Below, piece after piece: positions 24,152 through 32,771 of a stretch of DNA of 64,000 nucleotides (its first letter is position 1; each line of letters begins with the position of its first letter). Origin of the DNA: an uncultured Acidimicrobiaceae bacterium (GTDB lineage: Bacteria; Actinomycetota; Acidimicrobiia; Acidimicrobiales; Bog-793); contig CAWDRQ010000030.1 in assembly GCA_963804765.1 (NCBI GenBank), forward strand, positions 155,705-219,704. Reading direction: 5' to 3'. A program made the translations under genes and the position numbers. The notes under the pieces were generated by a model that saw only the letters and a program-made list of their open reading frames with translations, searched no databases and was not told where the DNA came from.

Positions 24152-26254
24152 TTGATTCGTACTTGGCAGGTACGCAAGGTTGGAGCAGGTCGTCTGTGGC
24201 TGTGCCTCGTTTGTGTTGTCTCGACGGTTGCTCTCTCGATTGCCCCGGTGATGCTCGCTGGTGCTGCGAGGCCACCTTCGAACGCGCCGCTCGGGTTCTG
24301 GAACAGTTACGCGTACATCACTGACTGGGGCCCGACGTTCCCGTCCGACAAGCCTCCGGGAGGGCCTTTCCCCAACCCGACAACAATTACCTCCTACGAC
24401 CCGACGACAGGCGCTTTCTCAGGCACCGACAATGCCTGGGGCATAGGGCTGGAGAAGATAACCGGGACGCTCTACCCCGACGGCGCCGTGACGTACACGA
24501 TCGTTCACGCCGATGTGGTGCTGAATGGCAAAGGGACCATTACGTTCAACGCTGATGGAACCACCGCGATCTGGAAAGGTACCTGGAGCAATTCGATCGG
24601 CGAAATCGGCACGGACTACGGCGAATGGAAAGGATTCGTGCTGACGGGAACGGTGGAGGCGGACCCGTGCGGGCCTGACGCTACGTCGTGCTCTGTTCCG
24701 CCGACTCCGGTGTCCGGTGTGACAATGACCGCCACCGGGGCTTACCACGTTTCGGCGACAACTGACAGCAAGGGCGACTACTCGATGGTCCTCCAGGTGG
24801 GGACTTACACCATTAGGCCGACCATGGATGATTTCACCTTTGACCCCCCGTCGCGTTCAATCCACCTCGAGACCGACACGACGGATGTGGACTTCACGCT
24901 CTTGAGTTCTCCGTACAGCATCGACTGGCAGATGCCCAGCCGCGTGAAAGAAGGCACGGATGTCTCTTCTGACGGCGGCCTGCCACCTGCCAGCTATGTG
25001 TACCCGGACATGTGGTCGGCGAAGCTGTACCTGACCGAAGGTGGCACGCGGGTGACGTCCTGCCCGTCGGGGTCTGTCTGGAAGTGGCATGTGACCCCGC
25101 TCCACACGGTGGGCAACCGGGAGCCCACCATCACCGAACCGGAGGACGGGTGCGCAACTTCGTTCGAGACAACCCAGCTCGGGACTTACAGGGTGGTCGC
25201 TCAGGAATACAAGCGGACCCCCAAAGGCCTCGTCAAGGACGGGCCCGCAGTCGCCACGCCCGACGTGGTGCTCAACGACTTGTTGATCGTCGGCCTGGGC
25301 GACTCCAACGGGTCGGGCGAAGGGTACCCACCGTTCTACTTCAACCAGTGCCACCGGGGCACAGCGTCCTACCAGTACCAGGCAGCGCAGATGCTGGAGA
25401 AGCTGTTGGAAGGCCACACCAGCATCACGTTCGTTTCCGCCTCCTGCTCGGGTGCCAAGATCCAGAACCTGATCTCCCTCTCCTACGACGGCTTCCCACC
25501 GGGGAACTCGCTGGAGCCGCAGGTCGGTGCCGTGCGCGCGCTCATTGCCGACAGCGGTGGACAACCGCCCCGCAAGGTGGACGCCGCTTTCGTCTCGGTC
25601 GGGGTCAACAACATCGCGTTCGGGCCGGTGATGAGGTACTGCATGGCTGTTCATCTTTCGTACACGACGTGCTCAAACCAAAATGTCACGCCGGTCTACA
25701 ACGCGAACGGCCTTATCAGCGGCTTCGAGCATACGATGTCGTTTAGAGCTTTGACTTTGTCGGACTGGGTCGCCAAGCTGACAGCCGACCTGCCCAGGCT
25801 CTACGGCACGCTCGGGCCAGTGCTGGCGGACCTGGTTGCCCCCGAGGACACGTTCATCACGCAGTACCCGACTTTCGCCTACGCCGATACCAAAGGCAAT
25901 ATCTGCAGCATGCTCGGCCACGACAGCATCTTTACCGAAGCAACCTGGAAGTGGCTGATGGACGTCAACTTGGCGCTCAACGCCCAGGTCGCCGCCACTA
26001 GAAGTCTCGGCTGGCGGGTCGTGCCCGTCGCGCCCGCTTACTTCCTGGGCCACGGCTACTGCGCCACCGACTCCTGGTTCGTCAGTATTACCCGTTCCAT
26101 ATTCAACTTGAACATCGACGGCGCCTTCCATCCCACCGCGGACGGTGCTGCCGTGACGGCCAAGCTCGTCGCAGACGACTCGTGCCTGTGGCTGGTAGGA
26201 AAGCCCGAATGCGGCTATCACATCTTGCCTGTTGCTGGACCAGCTACGGGCTAG
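24152..26254 (+). CDS. Large secreted protein: carboxypeptidase-regulatory-like beta-sandwich plus C-terminal SGNH/GDSL-type hydrolase
   Basis: 700 aa with a TTG start after AGGAGG. The N-terminal TM/signal is LWLCLVCVVSTVALSIAPVMLAGA. The stretch GVTMTATGAYHVSATTDSKGDYSMVLQVGTYTIRP is a CarboxypepD_reg-like motif. SGNH blocks are IVGLGDSNGSGEG (block I), ...SVGVNNIAFG (block III) and FHPTADGAA (block V-like). Confidence 0.7.
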   Translation: MIRTWQVRKVGAGRLWLCLVCVVSTVALSIAPVMLAGAARPPSNAPLGFWNSYAYITDWGPTFPSDKPPGGPFPNPTTITSYDPTTGAFSGTDNAWGIGLEKITGTLYPDGAVTYTIVHADVVLNGKGTITFNADGTTAIWKGTWSNSIGEIGTDYGEWKGFVLTGTVEADPCGPDATSCSVPPTPVSGVTMTATGAYHVSATTDSKGDYSMVLQVGTYTIRPTMDDFTFDPPSRSIHLETDTTDVDFTLLSSPYSIDWQMPSRVKEGTDVSSDGGLPPASYVYPDMWSAKLYLTEGGTRVTSCPSGSVWKWHVTPLHTVGNREPTITEPEDGCATSFETTQLGTYRVVAQEYKRTPKGLVKDGPAVATPDVVLNDLLIVGLGDSNGSGEGYPPFYFNQCHRGTASYQYQAAQMLEKLLEGHTSITFVSASCSGAKIQNLISLSYDGFPPGNSLEPQVGAVRALIADSGGQPPRKVDAAFVSVGVNNIAFGPVMRYCMAVHLSYTTCSNQNVTPVYNANGLISGFEHTMSFRALTLSDWVAKLTADLPRLYGTLGPVLADLVAPEDTFITQYPTFAYADTKGNICSMLGHDSIFTEATWKWLMDVNLALNAQVAATRSLGWRVVPVAPAYFLGHGYCATDSWFVSITRSIFNLNIDGAFHPTADGAAVTAKLVADDSCLWLVGKPECGYHILPVAGPATG

Positions 26255-26640
26255 CTACAGTCACAGTCGCCCTCTTCCTCTTGCTTGGTTGTGCCAGCTC
26301 CGGCGGCCGTAAGTGGTCCGGTGGATAAGGGGACGCGTCGCTCCACCATGAGCCACGGCGGGCCGTGCAGAACTCCAGGTCCTGGACGCTCCCAGAACCC
26401 TCGCGGCGAGTGCGTCGTTGAGATTGGCGTAGCCCCGGAGCTGAAAGCAAGCCCAGGTGTCGTCAGGGACGCACGGGTCATCTCGCTATCCGCACCGATC
26501 GCCCCTTATTGAGTGGACGTTTTCTCGGTGCCCTGGGTGGATAGAGAGCGCGGAACGACGGGTCTAGCGTACGTCGCTGCTCTTGTCGCGACCCATGCGA
26601 GTGCCCGGGCCATCTCGACAAGAAAGCTACGGTGCGGTTA

Positions 26641-26920
26641 CCGCGTCCACGATGCCCGCAGACCGCCCACTGTTGCGTATGGGGGGGCGCAATCGCATCT
26701 CGAGTAGGAAGCTACCAGCGAGCAATCTCATCGCCTAAGCGCCGTCCGGGGCCAACGGAGAGCCGGTACTTGCATGCTGCATTCGCGAATCCCAGGCCCA
26801 CTGACTCGGCCTGCCATTGTCACCTGTCAGTGTCCTTGTGACTCGCTTCTAACTCACGATAAAGCTAGTTTATCGTTGGTCACAAATGAGGAAAAGAGAG
26901 GGACTGTGACGCTGCTCCAA
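26641..26920 (+). repeat. Integrase-leader module, copy b
   Basis: Partner of 21857-22138. It includes the palindrome at 26856-26876 and the GTG ACG CTG CTC CAA start at 26906. Confidence 0.8.
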
Positions 26921-27323
26921 GACCGATCAGGAAGGCGCCGGGCGCGCTGTCGGCATCCCCTACGGGTCGAACCCGGTTACCTGCCCGGTGCGTGCCTGGC
27001 GCGCGTGGCTCGAGGTCTCAGGCATCACCGAGGGACCGGCCTTTCGCCCGGTGGACCGCCATGACCGCATCAGCACGACACGACTAAGCGCCCAGGCGGT
27101 GGCCCTCGTGCTGAAGCGCCACGCTGGCCGTGCGGGGCTCGACCCCGGCGAGGTGGCCGGTCACTCGCTCCGCGCCGGCCTTGCGACTTCGGCTGCTGCT
27201 GCCGGCGTACCCGAGCGCGTCATCGCCGAGCAGACGGGCCACAGGGGCACGGCCATGCTTCGCCGCTACATCCGCGAGGGCTCGCTGTTTCGTGAGAACG
27301 CCGCCGGGGCGGTTGGGCTGTAG
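26906..27323 (+). pseudogene. Tyrosine recombinase with large internal deletion (first 5 codons fused out of frame to the C-terminal 133 codons)
   Basis: VTLLQ is followed, one base out of frame, by SKTDQEGAGRAVGIPYGSNPVTCPVRAWRAWLEVSGITEGPAFRPVDRHDRISTTRLSAQAVALVLKRHAGRAGLDPGEVAGHSLRAGLATSAAAAGVPERVIAEQTGHRGTAMLRRYIREGSLFRENAAGAVGL*. This carries the SKTDQ..G, HSLR and GH...Y motifs. The junction lies in the shared string CTCCAAG. Confidence 0.75.
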
Positions 27324-27552
27324 GGGAGGCTGGCGGGCAGGCGCGCCGGGCACGGTCGAGTTGTTCGCGAACTACCGGCTCTGCCGGCCCTGCTGCAACC
27401 GCCTCGGACGCGTAGGCGAGCCGTTGCCAGCGGTAGGAGACTTCCCGCTGGTAGCGCATATCGGCCAGCGGGCTGCCGTGCCTGGGCCGATTGCATTGTC
27501 CTCGTCGGGTACAACATGTGTCGGACCAACGATCCGTACCTGGAGGACCTTC

Positions 27553-28389
27553 ATGGCGACGAGCCCCACCGTCACGCTCAACAACGGCGTCGAGATTCCT
27601 CAACTCGGCTTCGGTGTCTTCAAAGTCAAGCCAATTGAGACCGTGTCCGCCGTGACCACCGCACTTCGGGTGGGGTACCGCCACATTGACACCGCGGAGA
27701 TGTACGGCAACGAGAAGGAGGTCGGCCTGGCCATCACCGCCTCAGGACTCGACCGGGACGACGTGTTCGTCACGAGCAAGCTAAACAACAACCACCACCC
27801 TTACAGCGATGCTCTCGCCGCCTTTGACCAGACACTGAGCGACCTTGGCCTCGAATATGTCGATCTTTTCCTCATCCACTGGCCTCTGCCGGCCGTTGGC
27901 GACTTCGTCGAGACGTGGCGCGCACTCGAGAGCGTGTACAGGGACGACCGCGCTCGGGCCATCGGCGTCTCTAACTTTCACGCCGACCACCTCCGCCGCC
28001 TGCTTGACGAGACGGAGCTCGTCCCGGCAGTCAACCAGATCGAGGCACACCCCTACCTGACCCAGGAGCCGCTTCGCGCTTTCAACGCCAGCCACGGCAT
28101 CAAAACCGAGGCCTGGTCGCCGATCGCCCGGGGCAGGGTACTGGACGATCCGACCATCAAGGCTGTCGTCCATCGGACCGGTCGGACAGCGGCGCAGGTC
28201 GTATTGCGATGGCACATTCAACTGGGCAACATCGTGTTCCCGAAGTCTGTCCGGCCGGATCGAATCGAGGAGAACTTCAACATCTTCGATTTCGAGCTCT
28301 CCGGCGAGGACATGGCGGCAATCTCGAAGCTAGACCGGGGCGAACGCACCGGCCCGGACCCCGACACGTTCAACTACGTGCCGGACTGA
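27553..28389 (+). CDS. Aldo/keto reductase (2,5-diketo-D-gluconate-reductase-like)
   Basis: 278 aa from ATG 27553: MATSPTVTLNNGVEIPQLGFGVFKV...GYRHIDTAEMYGNEKEVG...LFLIHWP...AIGVSNF...NQIEAHPYL...AWSPIARG. All standard AKR blocks are present. Confidence 0.9.
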   Translation: MATSPTVTLNNGVEIPQLGFGVFKVKPIETVSAVTTALRVGYRHIDTAEMYGNEKEVGLAITASGLDRDDVFVTSKLNNNHHPYSDALAAFDQTLSDLGLEYVDLFLIHWPLPAVGDFVETWRALESVYRDDRARAIGVSNFHADHLRRLLDETELVPAVNQIEAHPYLTQEPLRAFNASHGIKTEAWSPIARGRVLDDPTIKAVVHRTGRTAAQVVLRWHIQLGNIVFPKSVRPDRIEENFNIFDFELSGEDMAAISKLDRGERTGPDPDTFNYVPD

Positions 28390-28585
28390 GTTCATCGGTG
28401 GGCATGGTCGCGCCCAGTTCAGGTCGTGGAGGTATCTGCCGAGCTTGACTGCAAGATGGTCGCGAAGCACCGGTGTGACTCCTCCGGGCATGGGCTGCTC
28501 GACCTGGCTGCCTATGACGACTACCTGCAATGGCGGCTCGACCTGGGCTGAACAGGGCTCTCCGCCGCTTCGACCGTCGGTCGGC

Positions 28586-29017
28586 CTAGCGAGCCCAGTC
28601 CGGATCGAGCTGACTGAGGAACAGCGCACAGCGCTGCGCCTCGTCGATCTCTCCTATCGCTTCGGCAGCTCGGCGCAGGGCCTCGACTGAGCGCAGGAAG
28701 CCACGGTTCGTCTCGTGCCGCCAGCGCACGTAGCCCGAGCCTCGCCAGCCCGCGGCGCGTAGCGCGTCGAGCCCGCGGTGATAGCCGACTCGGGCGTAGG
28801 CGTAGGACTCCACTTCGTCCTCGACCAGCTCGGCCAGTGAGGCCCAAGCCTCGAGGAAACGCGGGTACGCGCGGGCAACGGCTTCGACCGCGGTTTCACG
28901 CTCCGCACCCGACATGGCGAACGCGTCCGCGAGGGCCTCCGTCCACTCCTCGGGCGGAGCGGGAAGCACCGTCTCAGGGAGGCCTCGGCTGAGATTGACT
29001 GCTGCGTCGTCGGTCAT
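28586..29017 (-). CDS. DUF3151-family protein
   Basis: About 143 aa from ATG 29017 (MTDDAAVNLSRGLPETVLPAPPEE...). The stretch AYPRFLEAWASLAE....ESYAYARVGYHRGLDALRAAGWRGSGYVRW....NRGFLR matches my memory of DUF3151. Confidence 0.7.
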   Translation of the reverse strand: MTDDAAVNLSRGLPETVLPAPPEEWTEALADAFAMSGAERETAVEAVARAYPRFLEAWASLAELVEDEVESYAYARVGYHRGLDALRAAGWRGSGYVRWRHETNRGFLRSVEALRRAAEAIGEIDEAQRCALFLSQLDPDWAR

Positions 29018-29163
29018 GGCTTCATCCTTGCTCAGGCCGCCGCGGGCTGGGCCACGGCGCTCAGGCCATCCTGTACGTGCTGATCGATCCAGGTCACCTT
29101 GGTCGGTCACTTACCCGACATGTATCGCCGAGTGGGAACTCTCCCGATGGTCTGGTCTCGGGA

Positions 29164-29814
29164 CTACTTAGCCGCTCTGGCCAACGTGATCTTGATCTGT
29201 GGTCGCCACGGCACCGACGCTCGCCGGATGCTTCGGAAGTCCTCGTCCTCCAGCATACGATCGAGGACTATCGAGGAGCTAAACCTGCCTTCACTCGGCC
29301 GTCGTGCCAAGAGCCAGCGGAGCCACCGCGCGGCAAGGATGTCAGTCAGGACGAAAAGGCCACCGCCACGAAGTACACGCCGAATCTCGTGGAGGCCCAG
29401 CTGCTGATCCGCCCAGTGATGGAAGCTGAGGGTCGTCAGGACAAGATCGAAGTGGGCGTCGGGGAAAGGGAGCTTCTCGACCGATCCATTCACGAAGCCG
29501 ATATGGTGATCTGCCCGAGACGCTTGAGCCTGCTTCACCATTCCAAGAGCGGGGTCCACCCCGACAAGCTCGGCGTAGGGGAAGCGACGATCCAACCGAC
29601 GTAGCAGTTGGCCAGTCCCGCATCCCACATCGAGAACAGCTTGGACCGACCGGGCGTTGACAGCGGCTTCGGAGATCGTCGCCTCTTGGACTGGTCCGAA
29701 GAAGATGCGCTGCAGGACGGAGCGGTCATAGTGCGACGACTGTTGACCGACTGACTCGATGAGCACGGCGACGGCATCCACCTTGATCATGACTGATGGT
29801 CGTGCCGTCGCCAC
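29164..29814 (-). CDS. Class I SAM-dependent methyltransferase
   Basis: 216 aa. Motif I is VLDVGCGTGQLLRRL, followed by ELVGVDPALGMV, FPDAHFDLVLT and LRGGGLFVLTD. Confidence 0.85.
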   Translation of the reverse strand: MATARPSVMIKVDAVAVLIESVGQQSSHYDRSVLQRIFFGPVQEATISEAAVNARSVQAVLDVGCGTGQLLRRLDRRFPYAELVGVDPALGMVKQAQASRADHHIGFVNGSVEKLPFPDAHFDLVLTTLSFHHWADQQLGLHEIRRVLRGGGLFVLTDILAARWLRWLLARRPSEGRFSSSIVLDRMLEDEDFRSIRRASVPWRPQIKITLARAAK

Positions 29815-29856
29815 TCGTGTTCACCGTGTCGAGCGCGAATGTTCAGGCTGTCGGCA

Positions 29857-30672
29857 TCACTCAGCGGTGATCTCCGCCACCGCCATTCGAGCCGATGATT
29901 CGTCGACGATCGCCTTCTTCTCACCGTAGGCGGCGACGAGGGACTGGACCGCCAGGTTGTTCACCACGCGGGGCAGGCCGCGGCTGACCTGGTGTATGAG
30001 CGAGTTGGCGTCGTCGGAGAACAGCCGGTCGCTCCGTCCCGCGAGCGCCAGGTGATCCGCGATGTAGTCGCCGGTCTCCGAAGCGCTCATGCCCTGCAGG
30101 TGGTAGCGCAGAGCGATCCGCTGCTCCAAGGCGGCGAATGCTCCGAGGCGGATGCGCCGGCGCAGCGTCGGCTGGCCGCAGAGCACGAGGGAGAACGGGC
30201 TCACCGAGTCGAGCTCGGCGTTCATGAGCAGGCGCAGCCCCTCGAGCTGCTCGGGGGAGAGAAGGTGAGCCTCGTCGACCGCGAGGATCACCTTCTTCCC
30301 CCGCTCGGCGGACTCCTGCGCGAGGAGGTCGGCCGTCTGAGGGACGAGCGCCGCGGCATGGAACCGGGGGACCCCTCCGAGCGCGCTGACGATCGCTGCG
30401 TGCATTCCGCGCACGCCGATCGTCGGGTTGGCGAGGTAGACGACGGTATGGCGCGACGAGTCGAGTCCGGCGACCGCGGCCCGAAGAGCCACGGTCTTGC
30501 CGGAGCCGACTTCGCCGGTGAGCACCCCCGCCGCGGACTCCACGACGAGGAACCCGACCCGGGCGACGGCCTCCAGGTGGCCGGCGTGACGATGCAGCGC
30601 CCCGGGGGCGACGTCCTTTCCGAAGGGCATCTTCGAAAAGCCGTAATGGGCACGAAGCAGCTCGATCGTCAT
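29857..30672 (-). CDS. ExeA/TniB-like AAA+ ATPase (transposition helper)
   Basis: 271 aa. It begins LLRAHYGFSKMPFGKDVAP.... Walker A is GEVGSGKTVAL and Walker B is ILAVDEAHLL. The stretch PFSLVLCGQPTLRRRI is typical of ExeA-type ATPases that accompany Mu-like DDE transposases. It has a 4-nt overlap with the upstream gene. Confidence 0.85.
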   Translation of the reverse strand: MTIELLRAHYGFSKMPFGKDVAPGALHRHAGHLEAVARVGFLVVESAAGVLTGEVGSGKTVALRAAVAGLDSSRHTVVYLANPTIGVRGMHAAIVSALGGVPRFHAAALVPQTADLLAQESAERGKKVILAVDEAHLLSPEQLEGLRLLMNAELDSVSPFSLVLCGQPTLRRRIRLGAFAALEQRIALRYHLQGMSASETGDYIADHLALAGRSDRLFSDDANSLIHQVSRGLPRVVNNLAVQSLVAAYGEKKAIVDESSARMAVAEITAE

Positions 30673-32069
30673 GACCGTCCCTCTCGTGTCTCGATGGGCC
30701 GGTCGGTGACGAGGTCCCAGCTCGCCGGGCGGGTGACGACGATGCCGTCCAGGTCCTGCTCGCTCGGGCCGGCGCCATCGGGCAGGTCGGTGTAGGCGAT
30801 CCTCTTGGCCATCTCCTCGCTGTGGCGGGCCTCGATGAGAGCGAGGTAGTCGATCCCGGTGGGCACAGGTGGTGGCTCGGGGTCCTTCGCGACCCGGGGA
30901 TGGCTGTGACGACGGGTGACGTGCGGCACCGCCTCACCCATCGGTCGGCCCTCGAAGCGGACCTCGACGGCTTCCAGATGGAACGGGTCGAAGACGAGCT
31001 CGACTCGCCGACCGATGAGCGCGGGATCGACCTCATATGAGTTGCCGAACAGGTTGACGGTGCCGGTCTTTGTGACCATGCGCCGCTCGGCCCACAAGAA
31101 GGCCTCGTGAAGCTGTTCGGCAGACGGCGGAGAACTGGGTGCTCCGCCGGCGAGGAAGCGCTCGATCGGCGCCTCGCCGGTCTCGGTGTGCCGGCGGCGG
31201 TGATAGACGGACTCGACGAAGGCGGAGAACAACGAGTTCATCTCGTCGAGGCCGCAGACCTTGCCGGGATCGAGCTCGACCAAGAACTGCTCCCGCACGG
31301 TCTTGAAGACGCGCTCGATCTTCCCACGGCCTTCCGGTCGACCCGGCTTGCTGTGATGGAGCTTCATCCCGAGCACCGCGCACGCCCGCAGCAGCTGGAT
31401 AGAGACCATTGCGCTCCCGTTATCGAGGTAGATGGCCTCGGGGATCCCACGTCGCTCGATGCCCGAGCGGAGTGCGGCCTCGAGGCGGAGCGTGTCCTCG
31501 GCGTGTCCCCAGCGATAGCCGACAAGAGCTCGGGAGTAGTCGTCGATGAAGGCGAACAGATAGGTCTTCCTCCCCCCGATGACCGGCCCGTGCAGGGCGT
31601 CGCCGGTCCACAGCTCGTTCGGGCGGTCCGCCTCGAAGCGCCCGAAGGCGAGTTTCGGCCGGCTCTCGGACCGGGCGAGGCCGACACGGACGAAGTGGCG
31701 CTGCAAGGTGCGCTCGTGCGGTGCCCAGCCCCCGACGGTCCGCAGCAGCTCGCAGATGTGCGCCGCGGTGCGCTCTGGGCGCTCGCGCCGCAGTCGGCAG
31801 GCGAGGTCCAGCAGCTCCTCGGGCGTGCGGGGGTTGGCATGGCGCGCCTCGGGCTTCAGTGCCGCGAAGCCGCCGGAGCGGAGCATCCTCGTCCAGCGGT
31901 CGATCGTGGCGCGTGACACGTACACCTCGGTCCCTCCCGGCCCGAGGTGGGCCGTGCCGGCCAGCTCTCGCGCGAGCCGGCCACGTTCAGCTCCCGACAG
32001 CGACTCGTCGACGAGGCAGCGCACGAGCGAGTAGCGGAACAACGCGACTTCGGTCGCGTGGTCTTCCAT
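30669..32069 (-). CDS. DDE (rve-type) transposase with Mu-transposase-like C-terminal domain
   Basis: 466 aa from ATG 32069, preceded by GGAGGAGG. An N-terminal HTH is present. The DDE triad context is WTGDALHG / FIDDYSRALVGYRW, IYLDNGSAMVS and GRPEGRGKIERVF. The C-terminal beta-barrel-like region is VTKTGTVNLFGNSYEV. Confidence 0.9.
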   Translation of the reverse strand: MEDHATEVALFRYSLVRCLVDESLSGAERGRLARELAGTAHLGPGGTEVYVSRATIDRWTRMLRSGGFAALKPEARHANPRTPEELLDLACRLRRERPERTAAHICELLRTVGGWAPHERTLQRHFVRVGLARSESRPKLAFGRFEADRPNELWTGDALHGPVIGGRKTYLFAFIDDYSRALVGYRWGHAEDTLRLEAALRSGIERRGIPEAIYLDNGSAMVSIQLLRACAVLGMKLHHSKPGRPEGRGKIERVFKTVREQFLVELDPGKVCGLDEMNSLFSAFVESVYHRRRHTETGEAPIERFLAGGAPSSPPSAEQLHEAFLWAERRMVTKTGTVNLFGNSYEVDPALIGRRVELVFDPFHLEAVEVRFEGRPMGEAVPHVTRRHSHPRVAKDPEPPPVPTGIDYLALIEARHSEEMAKRIAYTDLPDGAGPSEQDLDGIVVTRPASWDLVTDRPIETREGRS

Positions 32070-32127
32070 GGTCCTCCTCCTTCTTGTCTTCGGCCCTTTC
32101 CAGGTCGCCAAGAAGGCTCGCGGGCGC

Positions 32128-32709
32128 TCAGGACCCTGACGAGGGGGAACTCGTGTTGGTGAGGAGGCGGCCCGAGGTGATCACCGCCGCCCATCCCCAC
32201 CCCGGGCGCGGACCGAGGCGCCGGGTGGCCGTGGCCATCGCGAGACCGAGCGCTGCGAGCGCGTCGGCGAAGGGCGATCCGACCGGTGTGATCGCCCCGA
32301 GGGACGCGTCGAAGGCGTGCGCCCAGGCCCAGCAGCGCACCCGCAGCTGCTCGGCTGCCGCAGCGAAGCGACGGAACCATCCCCGCACGGTGTCCGGCGG
32401 GATGGACAGGCGCGCCCCGATCACGCGTCGACCGTCCCCGGCTGCTTTGGCGAGGAGCGCTTTTCCGATCGTCGCGAGCGCGTCGCGTCGGCGCAGGAGA
32501 CACGAGTCGGGCAACAAGACGTGGGTCTTCTCGCACGACCTGCAGCGTGAGCGTCTCGGGACGAGCGCGGTCTCGACACCTTCTTCACGAAGCGCGCGTT
32601 TGCGTGCCGAGCCCCAGGGTCGCAACTCGCCACCGCAACCCGGGCAGAAGAGCACCCCCGCCCCAAGGGACTGCTCGACCGCGGCGCGGTCACTCTCTAC
32701 GATGAGCAC
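32128..32709 (-). CDS. DUF6431-like zinc-ribbon protein (first gene of the transposon)
   Basis: 193 aa with GTG start 32709 after GGAGG. It has CPGCGGEL...RSRCRSCEKTHVLLP cysteine pairs and DTVRGWFRRFAAAAEQL. I recall this protein type directly upstream of DDE/ExeA pairs in actinobacteria. Confidence 0.55.
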   Translation of the reverse strand: MLIVESDRAAVEQSLGAGVLFCPGCGGELRPWGSARKRALREEGVETALVPRRSRCRSCEKTHVLLPDSCLLRRRDALATIGKALLAKAAGDGRRVIGARLSIPPDTVRGWFRRFAAAAEQLRVRCWAWAHAFDASLGAITPVGSPFADALAALGLAMATATRRLGPRPGWGWAAVITSGRLLTNTSSPSSGS

Positions 32710-32732
32710 GGATGCCTCCGGGCGTTTTAGGA

Positions 32733-32771
32733 GGACCCCCTCGTGCTCGGCAAGAGTTGGCGAGGGGGTCC
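32733..32771. other. Strong inverted repeat (11-bp stem, 17-nt loop) just upstream of the transposon's first gene
   Basis: GGACCCCCTCG-(17 nt)-CGAGGGGGTCC, a perfect stem, 24 nt upstream of GTG 32709 on the gene strand. No U-tract follows on the gene strand. A weak one (CUUGCAUUUA) follows on the plus strand. Confidence 0.5.

Noticed and set aside
26255-26580. Minus-strand peptides downstream of the SGNH gene (for example ...DDTWACFQLRGYANLNDALAARVLG...) that hint at a small frameshifted gene.
   Set aside because: Two overlapping frames each look only partly plausible, and no motif is recognised. With the indel noise in this sequence I cannot decide on a frame or on boundaries.
27318-27345. 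GGGCTGTAGGGGAGGCTGGCGGG at the stop codon of the deleted integrase vaguely resembles the rnpB att core (GGCCTGTAGGCGGGGTTCTG). GGCGAGCCG at about 27405 also matches 9 nt of the core.
   Set aside because: The similarity is short and gapped and falls within what GC-rich sequence gives by chance. I could not build a convincing alignment, so no third att copy is claimed.
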